A DNA stretch of 57,445 nucleotides from Bacteroidia bacterium (GTDB taxonomy: Bacteria > Bacteroidota > Bacteroidia > AKYH767-A > 2013-40CM-41-45), in contig JADZBN010000117.1 in NCBI GenBank assembly GCA_020852075.1, positions 1-57,445 of the forward strand, given 5' to 3'. Positions 24,984 through 34,174 of this stretch are shown piece after piece; positions within the stretch are counted from its first letter, which is position 1, and each line of letters opens with the position of its first letter. The position numbers were made by a program, and so were the translations under genes. Under the pieces are notes generated by a model that did no database searches, was not told the origin of the DNA, and was given only the letters and a program-made list of their open reading frames with translations.

Positions 24984-26025
24984 TATTCATACACACATCC
25001 TGCCGGAAAAACTTCCGGACTTTGCAAAGAAGTTCGGCTATGGCGGATTTATCAGCCTGGAGCATCACCAGCCCTGTTGTGCCAGGATGATGCTTGATGG
25101 AAAATTTTTCCGGGAAATCCAGGATAACTGCTGGGATCCGGATGTCAGGATCAGTGAGTGCGATCAGCACAAAGTAGATGTACAGGTGCTGTCAACCATT
25201 CCTGTAATGTTCAGCTATTGGGCAAAAGGAGTGGACGCTCTCGATGTTTCCATGTTCCTGAATGACCACATTGCCGCATTGGTTTCGAAATATCCTGACA
25301 GGTTTACCGGCCTGGGAACAGTACCGATGCAGTCGCCCGAACTTGCCGTGAGAGAACTGGAAAGATGCATGCGGATGGGTCTGAAAGGAATTCAGATCGG
25401 GTCCCATGTGAACGACTGGAACCTGGACGCACCGGAATTGTTTACGGTCTTTCAGGCTGCTGAAGCAGCCGGTGCAGCCGTTTTTGTTCATCCCTGGGAC
25501 ATGATGGCGAAAGAAAAAATGCCGAAATACTGGTTACCCTGGCTGGTAGGGATGCCTGCCGAAACATCACTTGCCATTTGCTCTTTGATTTTCGGAGGTG
25601 TTTTTGAAAGACTGCCGGCATTGAGAGTAGCATTCGCACATGGCGGAGGTTCTTTTCCCGCCACTCTCGGAAGAATTGAGCATGGCTTCCATGTCCGCCC
25701 TGACCTTGTCGCGATTGACAACAAGGAAAACCCCCGGAAATATTTAAAGCAATTTTATCTTGACACACTTGTGCATGACCCGGCTATACTGGATTTTCTG
25801 GTAAAGCTAATGGGATCTGAACGGCTGTCACTGGGAACTGACTATCCATTTCCTCTTGGTGAGTTGGAACCCGGTAAGCTCATTCATAGTATGCCCTATT
25901 CAGATACCGTCAAGCAACGTCTTCTTGGAGGCACGGCACTTGAATGGCTGAATATGAAAGAATCGGCATTTCCGGTAACAGACCACCCCGCCAACCGTTC
26001 ACTGACCGGTAGAAACAATTCCTGA
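24970..26025 (+). CDS. Amidohydrolase-2 family, 2-amino-3-carboxymuconate-6-semialdehyde decarboxylase (ACMSD-type)
   Basis: Motifs 'IDIHTHILP', 'FVHPWD', 'AHGGG' and 'LGTDYPFP'. Overlaps the upstream gene by 14 nt. Sits in a locus with HAAO and an ALDH8-like gene. Confidence 0.85.
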   Translation: MLTIDIHTHILPEKLPDFAKKFGYGGFISLEHHQPCCARMMLDGKFFREIQDNCWDPDVRISECDQHKVDVQVLSTIPVMFSYWAKGVDALDVSMFLNDHIAALVSKYPDRFTGLGTVPMQSPELAVRELERCMRMGLKGIQIGSHVNDWNLDAPELFTVFQAAEAAGAAVFVHPWDMMAKEKMPKYWLPWLVGMPAETSLAICSLIFGGVFERLPALRVAFAHGGGSFPATLGRIEHGFHVRPDLVAIDNKENPRKYLKQFYLDTLVHDPAILDFLVKLMGSERLSLGTDYPFPLGELEPGKLIHSMPYSDTVKQRLLGGTALEWLNMKESAFPVTDHPANRSLTGRNNS

Positions 26026-26026
26026 A

Positions 26027-26800
26027 ATGAACAGGAATTTCAGAAGTCAGGTTATATTTTACTTCATGCTGGTATGCTGTCAGGTTGTTTTTTTTACATC
26101 TGCTGCTCAGGAACCTTCCGCCACCGGCGACAGTTTCGCACTGGTAGAATTATTTACCTCAGAAGGTTGTTCAGCTTGTCCGGGAGCCGACAGCGTACTC
26201 AATACTCTTTCGAATGAAAGGTTCAACGGAGACAATCATATCATTGCGCTTGCCTATCATGTAGATTACTGGAATCACCTGGGGTGGAAGGATCCCTTTA
26301 GCAGGTATTCCTATACCATTCGTCAGGAAAATTATTCCCGGGTAATGCCGGATAAAGAAATGTTCACACCGGAAATGATTGTCAACGGAAGTGTGTCGTT
26401 CACCGGCTCGGATGCCGGAAGAGCAAGGAAAGAGATCAGGGCAGCATTCAGCAGACAGGCAGTTCATCACCTCTCCTTCAGGATTGATTCACTTTCGCGG
26501 GATTCTGTTTTTCTAACCTGTTCAATGGACAAGCCGGGGAAAAATATTGTTCTGAGAACTGCTGTAATTCAGAGCAATCTTTCCAGTAAGGTAGTAAAGG
26601 GAGAAAATGCAGGCAGGGTACTTCACCATAATCATGTGGTACGTGTATTTTATTCGTTTGACAGGCTCAGAGACCGCATGCAAATCAGTATTCCGTTGCC
26701 AGGATTTGTTCCGGATCAAACCGCAAAAATTATTCTGTTCATACAGGAGAAAAAAACCATGCGGGTGCTTGCAGCCTGCGAAGAGGTGGTGTTAAAATGA
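26027..26800 (+). CDS. DUF1223 family secreted thioredoxin-like protein
   Basis: Signal peptide, then 'VELFTSEGCSACPGAD...HVDYWNHLGWKDPFS', typical of DUF1223 as I recall it. Starts 1 nt after the ACMSD stop. Confidence 0.78.
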   Translation: MNRNFRSQVIFYFMLVCCQVVFFTSAAQEPSATGDSFALVELFTSEGCSACPGADSVLNTLSNERFNGDNHIIALAYHVDYWNHLGWKDPFSRYSYTIRQENYSRVMPDKEMFTPEMIVNGSVSFTGSDAGRARKEIRAAFSRQAVHHLSFRIDSLSRDSVFLTCSMDKPGKNIVLRTAVIQSNLSSKVVKGENAGRVLHHNHVVRVFYSFDRLRDRMQISIPLPGFVPDQTAKIILFIQEKKTMRVLAACEEVVLK

Positions 26801-26937
26801 TACACCCTGCCGGTGGCGGCCGGGAACTGACTTCAGGTCATTTCATTCGGCTTTTTGAGAAAAAAACCGGACCGGTACGGTTAGCGCCCCCTCGCAGCAA
26901 CGCTGCATTCGCATCCCCGCACACGGCCGGTATATTG

Positions 26938-27825
26938 TTACAGGGTAAATACCCTGGAAATGTTGAACCCGAGACGGATTCCCGCATCGTCCCACTTCGT
27001 TTCGGTACGGTCAAAAAACTGGTTTTCGGTTATACCAAAGGAATTGGTAAGATGAACCTGGAATACGTGACCCCCTGTTTCCAGTTCATAACCGATTCCC
27101 ATAGTGTCATAGTATTTGGTAGCTGAAGGATTGTTGATCCTGTAGCCATATTCGAAGGTTATTGCCGATCTCCTTGTGAATTTCAGACGAATGCAGGTTG
27201 CAATACCATACGCATCGTTTTTGTCTGAGGCCTGCTCCACCAGGTTGTAGTGGGTAAGCCAGGGAGCAAACTGCATGGAAAAGGACCGGGTGAATTTCCT
27301 GCCGGCAATCACCTCAAAATGATAGGACAGGCGATTGGACAGGTAATCGTATTTATTATATCCCGTGGATGTTTCGTTGGGATCCTTTTGAGCTGTATAA
27401 TACATTCCTGCGAGGAGCGTGATACCCGCCGGCATTTTATCATCTGTGGTTTGACGAAATAACCGATATTTTACAAATCCGTCAAGTATTTTTTCATAAG
27501 AACTTCTTCCAATGCCAACCATGATTCTTCCGTCAGGGCTGTACGCCAGGCCCAGGCGGATATTGGCCGGTCCGTCCACCCCCCATGCGTTGTAGCTTCC
27601 GGTATTGATAGCACCAAAACGGTGTGAAATCCTGAAATCCAGGGTTCTGCGCCCAAGGGTTGCAAGGGTATGCATGTTTATCAGCCGTGTTGATTTGAAT
27701 GTAGCCACTGTGTAATCTTTAGGATGTGAAGCCGAATCTTCGACCATGCTTAAGAGATCCTGGGAATGAACCCGGAAGCCGGAGATCAACAATACGGAAA
27801 CAAAGAGATGTTTGAAGACTTTCAT
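26938..27825 (-). CDS. Outer-membrane beta-barrel protein (DUF5777-like)
   Basis: Signal peptide MKVFKHLFVSVLLISGFRVHSQ and alternating-hydrophobic strands. Motifs 'FRISHRFG', 'ETGGHVFQVHLTNS', and C-terminal 'GFNISRVFTL' with a terminal aromatic/aliphatic. ATG 27825 chosen over TTG 27885. Confidence 0.65.
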   Translation of the reverse strand: MKVFKHLFVSVLLISGFRVHSQDLLSMVEDSASHPKDYTVATFKSTRLINMHTLATLGRRTLDFRISHRFGAINTGSYNAWGVDGPANIRLGLAYSPDGRIMVGIGRSSYEKILDGFVKYRLFRQTTDDKMPAGITLLAGMYYTAQKDPNETSTGYNKYDYLSNRLSYHFEVIAGRKFTRSFSMQFAPWLTHYNLVEQASDKNDAYGIATCIRLKFTRRSAITFEYGYRINNPSATKYYDTMGIGYELETGGHVFQVHLTNSFGITENQFFDRTETKWDDAGIRLGFNISRVFTL

Positions 27826-28363
27826 TGCATCAAAAAAGTCTGGTGGACGTGCATCAGCAGGATTTCCCGGCGCTGATCGGGACAAAAGTAGTGAACTCGT
27901 ACCGACTTCTTACGAAAGAGAAGTAAACCCTGTGTGGGAGAGACGCCATATCCTTTGGGCGAGGACTATACATCAAAAGTAACAGGAAGGATTCCTTGAG
28001 AGTCACAATACTTCATGATTTTATATTATTCTGACACTGTTCCGTCCTGATCGGAAGAAAACGGTTTCGGAATTGCATTCCCCAAAGAACAATCTTTTTT
28101 CCTGGTTATGCCATCATCAGTTTTTCAAAATATCATAACAGCACACCGGAATACAGGCAAATCTGTATAACCAGGATCCAGGCAGGATATTCAGGGATAC
28201 GTCGCAGTTTCTAAGACCAAACATAACCATAAATTTTGGAGGATTTCTGAATAGAATGGCAGATGAGAAGGTGAAAAATGAGGTCACTTAGGTGCGGTTT
28301 GTTATTTTTACCTCACCTTGTAATACCGGGCGTATTCCAGGTACGACTTAAACACTCAAAAAC

Positions 28364-29041
28364 ATGAAAGTACTCATCGTTGAAGACGAAACCGACCTCC
28401 TGCAATCCATAATGGCCTTCCTGAAGGAGTCGGGAATGAACTGCGAACAGGCGGTAAACCTGGCCGAGGCGATTGAAAAAATCAATACGCACACCTTTGA
28501 TTGTATTGTTCTGGACATCGGCTTGCCGGATGGTAACGGCCTAAGGCTGATTGAAGAGCTCCAGAAAAAGGAACACCAGACGGGCATTGTTATTGTTTCC
28601 GCCCGCAACGCTCTGGATGACCGGCTGAAAGGACTCAATATCGGAGCCGATGACTACATCACCAAGCCTTTTTATATGCCGGAATTATCCGCGCGTATCA
28701 AATCCGTGGTAAGAAGACGGTCCAGCCAGGGGAAAAATGAAATTATTTTTCATGAACTGCGGGTGTTTCCGGAAGAAATGCTGATGTATATTAACGATAA
28801 GTCGGTCTCCCTGACCCGCAAAGAGCACGAACTGCTTATGTATATGCTCAGCAACCAGAGCAAAGTACTTACCAAAGAATCTATTGCAGAACACCTTTGG
28901 GGAGACCATGCAGACATGGCGGATTCCTTTGATTTCATTTACAGCCATATTAAAAACCTCAGGAAAAAAATAACGGATAACGGAGGCAGGGATTACTTAA
29001 AATCGGTGTATGGAGTAGGGTATAAGTTTAGTGCTGAATGA
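28364..29041 (+). CDS. OmpR-family response regulator
   Basis: Receiver domain ('VLIVEDE', 'DCIVLDIGLPDGNG', 'SARN...K') plus a winged-helix C-domain ('LTRKEHELLMYM...GVGYKF'). Confidence 0.92.
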   Translation: MKVLIVEDETDLLQSIMAFLKESGMNCEQAVNLAEAIEKINTHTFDCIVLDIGLPDGNGLRLIEELQKKEHQTGIVIVSARNALDDRLKGLNIGADDYITKPFYMPELSARIKSVVRRRSSQGKNEIIFHELRVFPEEMLMYINDKSVSLTRKEHELLMYMLSNQSKVLTKESIAEHLWGDHADMADSFDFIYSHIKNLRKKITDNGGRDYLKSVYGVGYKFSAE

Positions 29042-30342
29042 AACTTCTGAATCTTACCAACAGGTATTACATAGCGATAGCAGTTGGATTATTGCTAGTC
29101 AGCAGCCTTTTTCTGGCCTATCGCGTGCTTTACCTCGTTGATCAGGAGATTTCAGAACACATGCTGTACGAAAAGCAGCTCATTGAACGTCAATTGAAAA
29201 ATCAGAAGCAGCTTCAGAGGATTCCCATTACCCTTGGTGACAAAATTCACATTGTTCCCATTGATAAGTTCACCACCTTTAAGGTACAGGTAAAGGACAC
29301 CCTGATGGCGGATGCTTTTGAAGGAATCAGGTTGCCATTCAGGATTATGACCTATGAACAGCAAATTAATAAAGAGGCCTACAGGATTACCCTTACCCAC
29401 AGGCTGACTGAGAACGAGAGTTTATTTTACGGAATTATTTTCTCGGTTATTCTGGTGGCGGTTGATATCATAGCCTGTTTTTATTTTCTGAACAGGTGGT
29501 TTTCAAGTAAGATCTGGAGGCCCTTCTACCGTGCAATTAATATTCTGAAAAACTTCGATCTGCAGCACGGAAATAAAATTCTGTTTCAACGTTCTACTGT
29601 TGATGAATTCAATACGCTGAATGCAGAGCTGACAAGACTCACCGGTAAGGTAGCCAGGGACTACAGAAACCTCAAGGAATTTACCGAAAACATGTCCCAT
29701 GAAACACAGACCCCACTTGCCATCATACGTTCAAAACTGGAATTGTTGCTGCAATCTGAAAATCTCACGGATGAACAGGTAGGACACATCAGGAGTATTC
29801 TGGATTCAGTCAGCCGGCTTTCAAAAATGAACAAGAGTCTGATCCTTCTAACACGTATTGAAAACGAACAGTATGCATCCGAGGAACTGATGGCTCTCGG
29901 ACCGGTTTTGATAAAACACCTCAAAGACCTTGACCTGTTTATTTCATCACGGGACCTGAAACTTGAAACCCAGATCAATGAAGACATCAACCTTCGGATC
30001 AATCCTCACCTTGCTGAAATTCTGATCACCAATTTATTGTCCAATGCAATTAAATACAATATCCCAGGGGGTGTCCTGAGGGTGGAGCTTACCCGTGAAT
30101 ACCTTCGTATTGCCAATAGCGGGAAACCGCTTACCCTCCCCGGTGAACAGGTATTTGAACGTTTTAAAAGGGGAGATATCCTTGATTCCATGGGACTCGG
30201 CCTTGCTATTGTTAAAAAGATATGCGACCACTGCCATTGTTTCATTGAATACGGTTTTAAGAGCGAATTACACAGTTTTACCGTATATTTTCAACCCCAG
30301 AAGGTAGTTGCTCCCATCCGGGAAACTATTTTACTTAAGTGA
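29038..30342 (+). CDS. Sensor histidine kinase
   Basis: Two TM helices. H-box 'SHETQTPLAIIRS', N-box 'LLSNAIKYN', G-box 'GLGLAIVKKI'. 4-nt ATGA overlap with the regulator gene. Confidence 0.9.
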   Translation: MKLLNLTNRYYIAIAVGLLLVSSLFLAYRVLYLVDQEISEHMLYEKQLIERQLKNQKQLQRIPITLGDKIHIVPIDKFTTFKVQVKDTLMADAFEGIRLPFRIMTYEQQINKEAYRITLTHRLTENESLFYGIIFSVILVAVDIIACFYFLNRWFSSKIWRPFYRAINILKNFDLQHGNKILFQRSTVDEFNTLNAELTRLTGKVARDYRNLKEFTENMSHETQTPLAIIRSKLELLLQSENLTDEQVGHIRSILDSVSRLSKMNKSLILLTRIENEQYASEELMALGPVLIKHLKDLDLFISSRDLKLETQINEDINLRINPHLAEILITNLLSNAIKYNIPGGVLRVELTREYLRIANSGKPLTLPGEQVFERFKRGDILDSMGLGLAIVKKICDHCHCFIEYGFKSELHSFTVYFQPQKVVAPIRETILLK

Positions 30343-30408
30343 TATCGCCCCGGTAATCAGGGAATCAATACTTTCCCCGGACGCTGAAAAGCGGTATCTT
30401 TGCAGTGC

Positions 30409-32310
30409 ATGTCGGACATCCTCCATCATGAGTGCGGAATTGCGTTGATTCGCCTCCTGAAACCGCTTTCCTATTACCATAAAAAATACGGAACGGCATT
30501 TTATGCACTCAATAAACTGTACCTGCTTATGGAAAAGCAACATAACAGGGGGCAGGATGGTTCGGGGGTCGCCAATATCAAGTTTGATGTGGAACCCGGG
30601 ACACGCTATATCAGCAGAATACGGTCAGGCAGCAAGCAATCCATCCCGGAGATCTTTTCGAAAATCAACAGAAATTTTGAAGAAGCGGGTAAAAAGAATC
30701 CCAATATTCTGAAAGACCCCCAAAGCCTCAAAAAGCATCTTCCTTTTACCGGGGAGTTATGGCTCGGCCATCTGCGTTATGGTACATTTGGAGGAAACAG
30801 TATTGAGAACTGCCATCCCTTCCTGCGGCAGAATAACTGGATGACGCGCAACCTTGTGCTGGCAGGAAATTTTAATATGACCAATGTGGACGAATTGTTC
30901 CAGGATCTCGTCAGGCTGGGGCAGCATCCAAAAGAAAAGGCGGACACAGTGACAGTTCTTGAAAATATCGGCCATTTTCTTGATGAGGAGAATGAAAGCC
31001 TTTATTACAAGTTTAAGGAACTTGGGAACACCAAACAGGAAATCTCTCCGCTCATTGCCGAACACCTGAATATTGGAAATATCCTGAAACGATCTTCCAA
31101 AAACTGGGACGGCGGATATGTGATTGCAGGACTGGTAGGTCATGGTGATGCTTTCGTGATGCGGGATCCTGCCGGAATCCGTCCGGCATATTATTACAGG
31201 GATGAGGAAATCGTTGTAGTTACATCAGAACGGCCACCCATTCAGACGGCCTTCAATGTTACGGTTGAGGAAATCATGGAAATTAAACCCGGTCATGCAT
31301 TAATTATCAAGAAAAACGGGAAGGTCAGGGAAGAACTTATCAATGAGCCGGTTCAGAAATTGAGTTGTTCTTTCGAACGCATTTATTTTTCACGGGGTAC
31401 GGATGCGGAAATATACAGGGAGAGGAAGGAACTGGGGAGGTTGTTGTGTCACTCTACGCTGCAGTCAGTTGACTTTGATCTGCGGAATACGGTATTTTCT
31501 TTTATTCCCAATACCGCCGAAGTAACATTCTATGGTATGATGCAGGGAATGGAGGACTACCTGAAGGACGTAAAGCGAAGGAAGATAAAAGCCCTTGGCA
31601 ACCAGCTGACGGATGAAAAATTATCGGAAATTATTTCCATCCGGCCCAGGGCTGAGAAAATAGCTGTAAAAGATGCCAAGCTCAGAACGTTTATTACAAA
31701 TGATAACGACAGGTCTGATCTTGTAGCACATGTGTATGATATCACGTATGGAACGGTAAGGGCAGGGAAAGACAATCTGGTGGTGATTGATGATTCTATT
31801 GTGAGGGGAACCACATTGCGGAACTCAATCATTACCATGCTTGACAGGCTTTCACCAAAGAAAATTGTGATTGTCAGCAGTGCACCTCAGATCCGGTATC
31901 CGGATTGTTACGGGATAGACATGGCCAAAATCGGCGATCTGATCGCATTTAAAGCAGCCATTTCACTGCTGGAAGACAACAACCTGGAGCATATAATTGA
32001 TGAGGTGTATGAAAAATGCAAGCAACAGCTTGCATCGGGCAGGCATGAAATGAAAAATTATGTGAGAATGATATACCAGCCGTTTACGACCGAACAAATC
32101 AATATTAAAATTGCAAGTCTTGTAAAACCCCCGGATTGCAAAGCAGGACTTGAAATAATATTTCAGAAAATCGAAGATCTTCACAGCGCCTGCCCCAATC
32201 ACAGGGGTGACTGGTACTTCAGCGGAAATTATCCTACGCCCGGTGGGAACCGTGTGGTAAGCAGGGCATTTGTAAATTATATTGAAGGGATAAACGAGCG
32301 TGCCTATTGA
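30409..32310 (+). CDS. purF: Amidophosphoribosyltransferase (long Bacteroidota form)
   Basis: Short propeptide then the Ntn nucleophile 'HHECGIALI'. Motifs 'HNRGQDGSG' and 'GHLRYGT', and the PRPP loop 'VVIDDSIVRGTT'. ATG 30409 chosen over TTG 30400. Confidence 0.9.
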   Translation: MSDILHHECGIALIRLLKPLSYYHKKYGTAFYALNKLYLLMEKQHNRGQDGSGVANIKFDVEPGTRYISRIRSGSKQSIPEIFSKINRNFEEAGKKNPNILKDPQSLKKHLPFTGELWLGHLRYGTFGGNSIENCHPFLRQNNWMTRNLVLAGNFNMTNVDELFQDLVRLGQHPKEKADTVTVLENIGHFLDEENESLYYKFKELGNTKQEISPLIAEHLNIGNILKRSSKNWDGGYVIAGLVGHGDAFVMRDPAGIRPAYYYRDEEIVVVTSERPPIQTAFNVTVEEIMEIKPGHALIIKKNGKVREELINEPVQKLSCSFERIYFSRGTDAEIYRERKELGRLLCHSTLQSVDFDLRNTVFSFIPNTAEVTFYGMMQGMEDYLKDVKRRKIKALGNQLTDEKLSEIISIRPRAEKIAVKDAKLRTFITNDNDRSDLVAHVYDITYGTVRAGKDNLVVIDDSIVRGTTLRNSIITMLDRLSPKKIVIVSSAPQIRYPDCYGIDMAKIGDLIAFKAAISLLEDNNLEHIIDEVYEKCKQQLASGRHEMKNYVRMIYQPFTTEQINIKIASLVKPPDCKAGLEIIFQKIEDLHSACPNHRGDWYFSGNYPTPGGNRVVSRAFVNYIEGINERAY

Positions 32311-32335
32311 GAAGGTTGACGGATATCTGCGCATT

Positions 32336-32368
32336 AAAAAGGCTGTCACCCCGGTGACAGCCTTTTTT
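32336..32368. terminator. Bidirectional hairpin terminator between purF and the convergent DUF1579 gene
   Basis: aaaaa / ggctgtcac (32341-32349) / loop / gtgacagcc (32354-32362) / tttttt (32363-32368). Confidence 0.78.
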
Positions 32369-32387
32369 GTCTGAGGATTCCTGAAGT

Positions 32388-33011
32388 TTATTTATGAACG
32401 TGAATTTCCATTGTCTGGAATTCTTTTCCGTCAGGGCCTGTAATGAACATTTTAAGTGTGCGCGTGTTGTTATCACCGATGATCCAATCCTGACGGACAC
32501 CTGTTTCTTTTCCAGTCGTTGGATCAACCATATTTCCTTTGAAATGAATGGTTTTCTTTGCTGCATCGTACGGGCCTTCCAGGAGCATGGTTCCTGTTCC
32601 CATATTGTCAACCCATGTACTTTGAAATACCTTTTTGGCATTGTCATAGCCGACAAGGCCCATGCCCTCAAAGGGAGTACCCTGGAAATCTCCGCGGTGG
32701 ACAGATTTCTGATAGCGGCCATCCATAATCATTTCGTTTTCGCACGTAGCAGTGCTTTTGGAAGGAGTGGCTCCGGGAGCCATCCAGGTGGTGATGTCTT
32801 CCGTCCATGAACCAACGTCTGCTGCAAGCAATTTATGCATTTCGCCAGGTGTCATGTAGGTAGTCCATGCTTTCATCATGGCATCTGCCTCAGCCTGGGC
32901 TTTTTGATCTGTGGTTGCCTTTTTTTCATCCGTTTTGGCAGTTTGTGCATTTGCGGTAAAGCAGAAAAGCACGAGGGCAAGCCCTGTTAGAATTTGGGTG
33001 TGTTTTTTCAT
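32388..33011 (-). CDS. DUF1579-like secreted protein
   Basis: Signal peptide MKKHTQILTGLALVLFCFTANAQ. Core 'GEMHKLLAADVGSWTEDITTWMAPG...MDGRYQ...FEGMGLVGYDN' matches my recollection of DUF1579. Confidence 0.65.
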   Translation of the reverse strand: MKKHTQILTGLALVLFCFTANAQTAKTDEKKATTDQKAQAEADAMMKAWTTYMTPGEMHKLLAADVGSWTEDITTWMAPGATPSKSTATCENEMIMDGRYQKSVHRGDFQGTPFEGMGLVGYDNAKKVFQSTWVDNMGTGTMLLEGPYDAAKKTIHFKGNMVDPTTGKETGVRQDWIIGDNNTRTLKMFITGPDGKEFQTMEIHVHK

Positions 33012-33172
33012 GGTAATTCGTGTTTATTAAGTTGAGTATCAAAGATAAACTTTTTGTGTTAGTTGGCTTCCGGATTCTGTTTTTTTTCGGCCCGGGAAAT
33101 TTCCGGAAGAATTTTAAGCGGAATTTCATCATACAACATGTAACTTGGCAGGAAACCCAAAATCAAAATCAA

Positions 33173-33730
33173 ATGAAAAACCCGATTATTTCCTTTCAAA
33201 AGCTTGCTTTTATTTCTGTTTCCCTGCTGATTGCTTCCTGTAGTTCTAATCCTACTCCACAGCAGGAAACCCCCTCTACCACACCACCTGCTTCCTCCGA
33301 TCTGATGAAAGAAGCACCGGCGTATGATGCAACCAAAATTGACCCTTCTGCACCGGTGACAGACATTACCCTGGACGCTGTGGGGAACACCATGGATGAG
33401 ATGAAGTACGACAAGACGGAAATTAAGGTAAAAGCAGGTTCTACCGTTAAGCTTAAACTTGTGAATAAGGCCTCTGATGCCAGCATGGAACACAATTTTG
33501 TGCTTATTCAGGAGGGAACCGCAGACAAAGTAGCAGCGGATGGATTGAAAGCCGGCAAGGATAATAATTTTGTATCCCCCTCACCGGACGTCCTGGTTCA
33601 TACTGCTGTTATCGGGCCCGGCAAGGAAATTGAAATTTCATTCCCTGCACCCGCTGCCGGCACCTACGATTTTATTTGTACCTATCCCGGGCATTATTCA
33701 AAAATGAGAGGCAAGTTTATTGTTGAATAA
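33173..33730 (+). CDS. Azurin-family type-1 copper protein, lipoprotein
   Basis: Lipobox-like 'LLIASC' followed by a Pro/Thr/Ser linker. Copper ligands in azurin spacing: 'MEHNFVL' (His) and 'CTYPGHYSKM' (Cys-x4-His-x3-Met). ATG 33173 chosen; the ORF track starts at 33020. Confidence 0.85.
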   Translation: MKNPIISFQKLAFISVSLLIASCSSNPTPQQETPSTTPPASSDLMKEAPAYDATKIDPSAPVTDITLDAVGNTMDEMKYDKTEIKVKAGSTVKLKLVNKASDASMEHNFVLIQEGTADKVAADGLKAGKDNNFVSPSPDVLVHTAVIGPGKEIEISFPAPAAGTYDFICTYPGHYSKMRGKFIVE

Positions 33731-34174
33731 TTGCCAGGCTTGATTGTCTTTGGTTCAACCGCCTTGTTAAATCCGAGGAGACCCCGATAGTATGGTGGAA
33801 CACACGACCAACATTTTTCTTTAATATGCAGTTCAGAGGAATGCAGTACAACTCCTTTTTTTACCTGTTGTACATGATCTGAACCAGGCATTCGGGGATC
33901 AAATGGCTGTGGTTCTGGCTTCCTTAGTACAGGAGAATCGAATGCCTTGATTGCAAACGTATTATATAGTGGCAGCACTCGTTTCCCACCGGCGATGCTT
34001 TAATACCAGAAAAGAATTTTTTTTAAAGCCGAAAATAACAGAGAACCTGTTGCAGAGACAGTCAGGTCAAATCAAAGGAGCCACAGGGGAATCAGTTGGG
34101 AAAATCACCCGAGAATCTCAGCCGAAACGCTTTATTTCATGTAACAGAAAATACTCAATGGAAATCCGGTGGTA

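Noticed and set aside
24661-25170. 169-aa minus-strand ORF spanning the TPR-protein/ACMSD junction
   Set aside because: Both plus-strand genes are well supported by motifs there, so this is a shadow ORF.
30343-30408. Possible riboswitch/leader upstream of purF (and similarly upstream of asd, 39368-39457)
   Set aside because: The spacers are only about 66 and 90 nt. They lack the conserved cores of purine, ZTP, PRPP or lysine riboswitches as I recall them.
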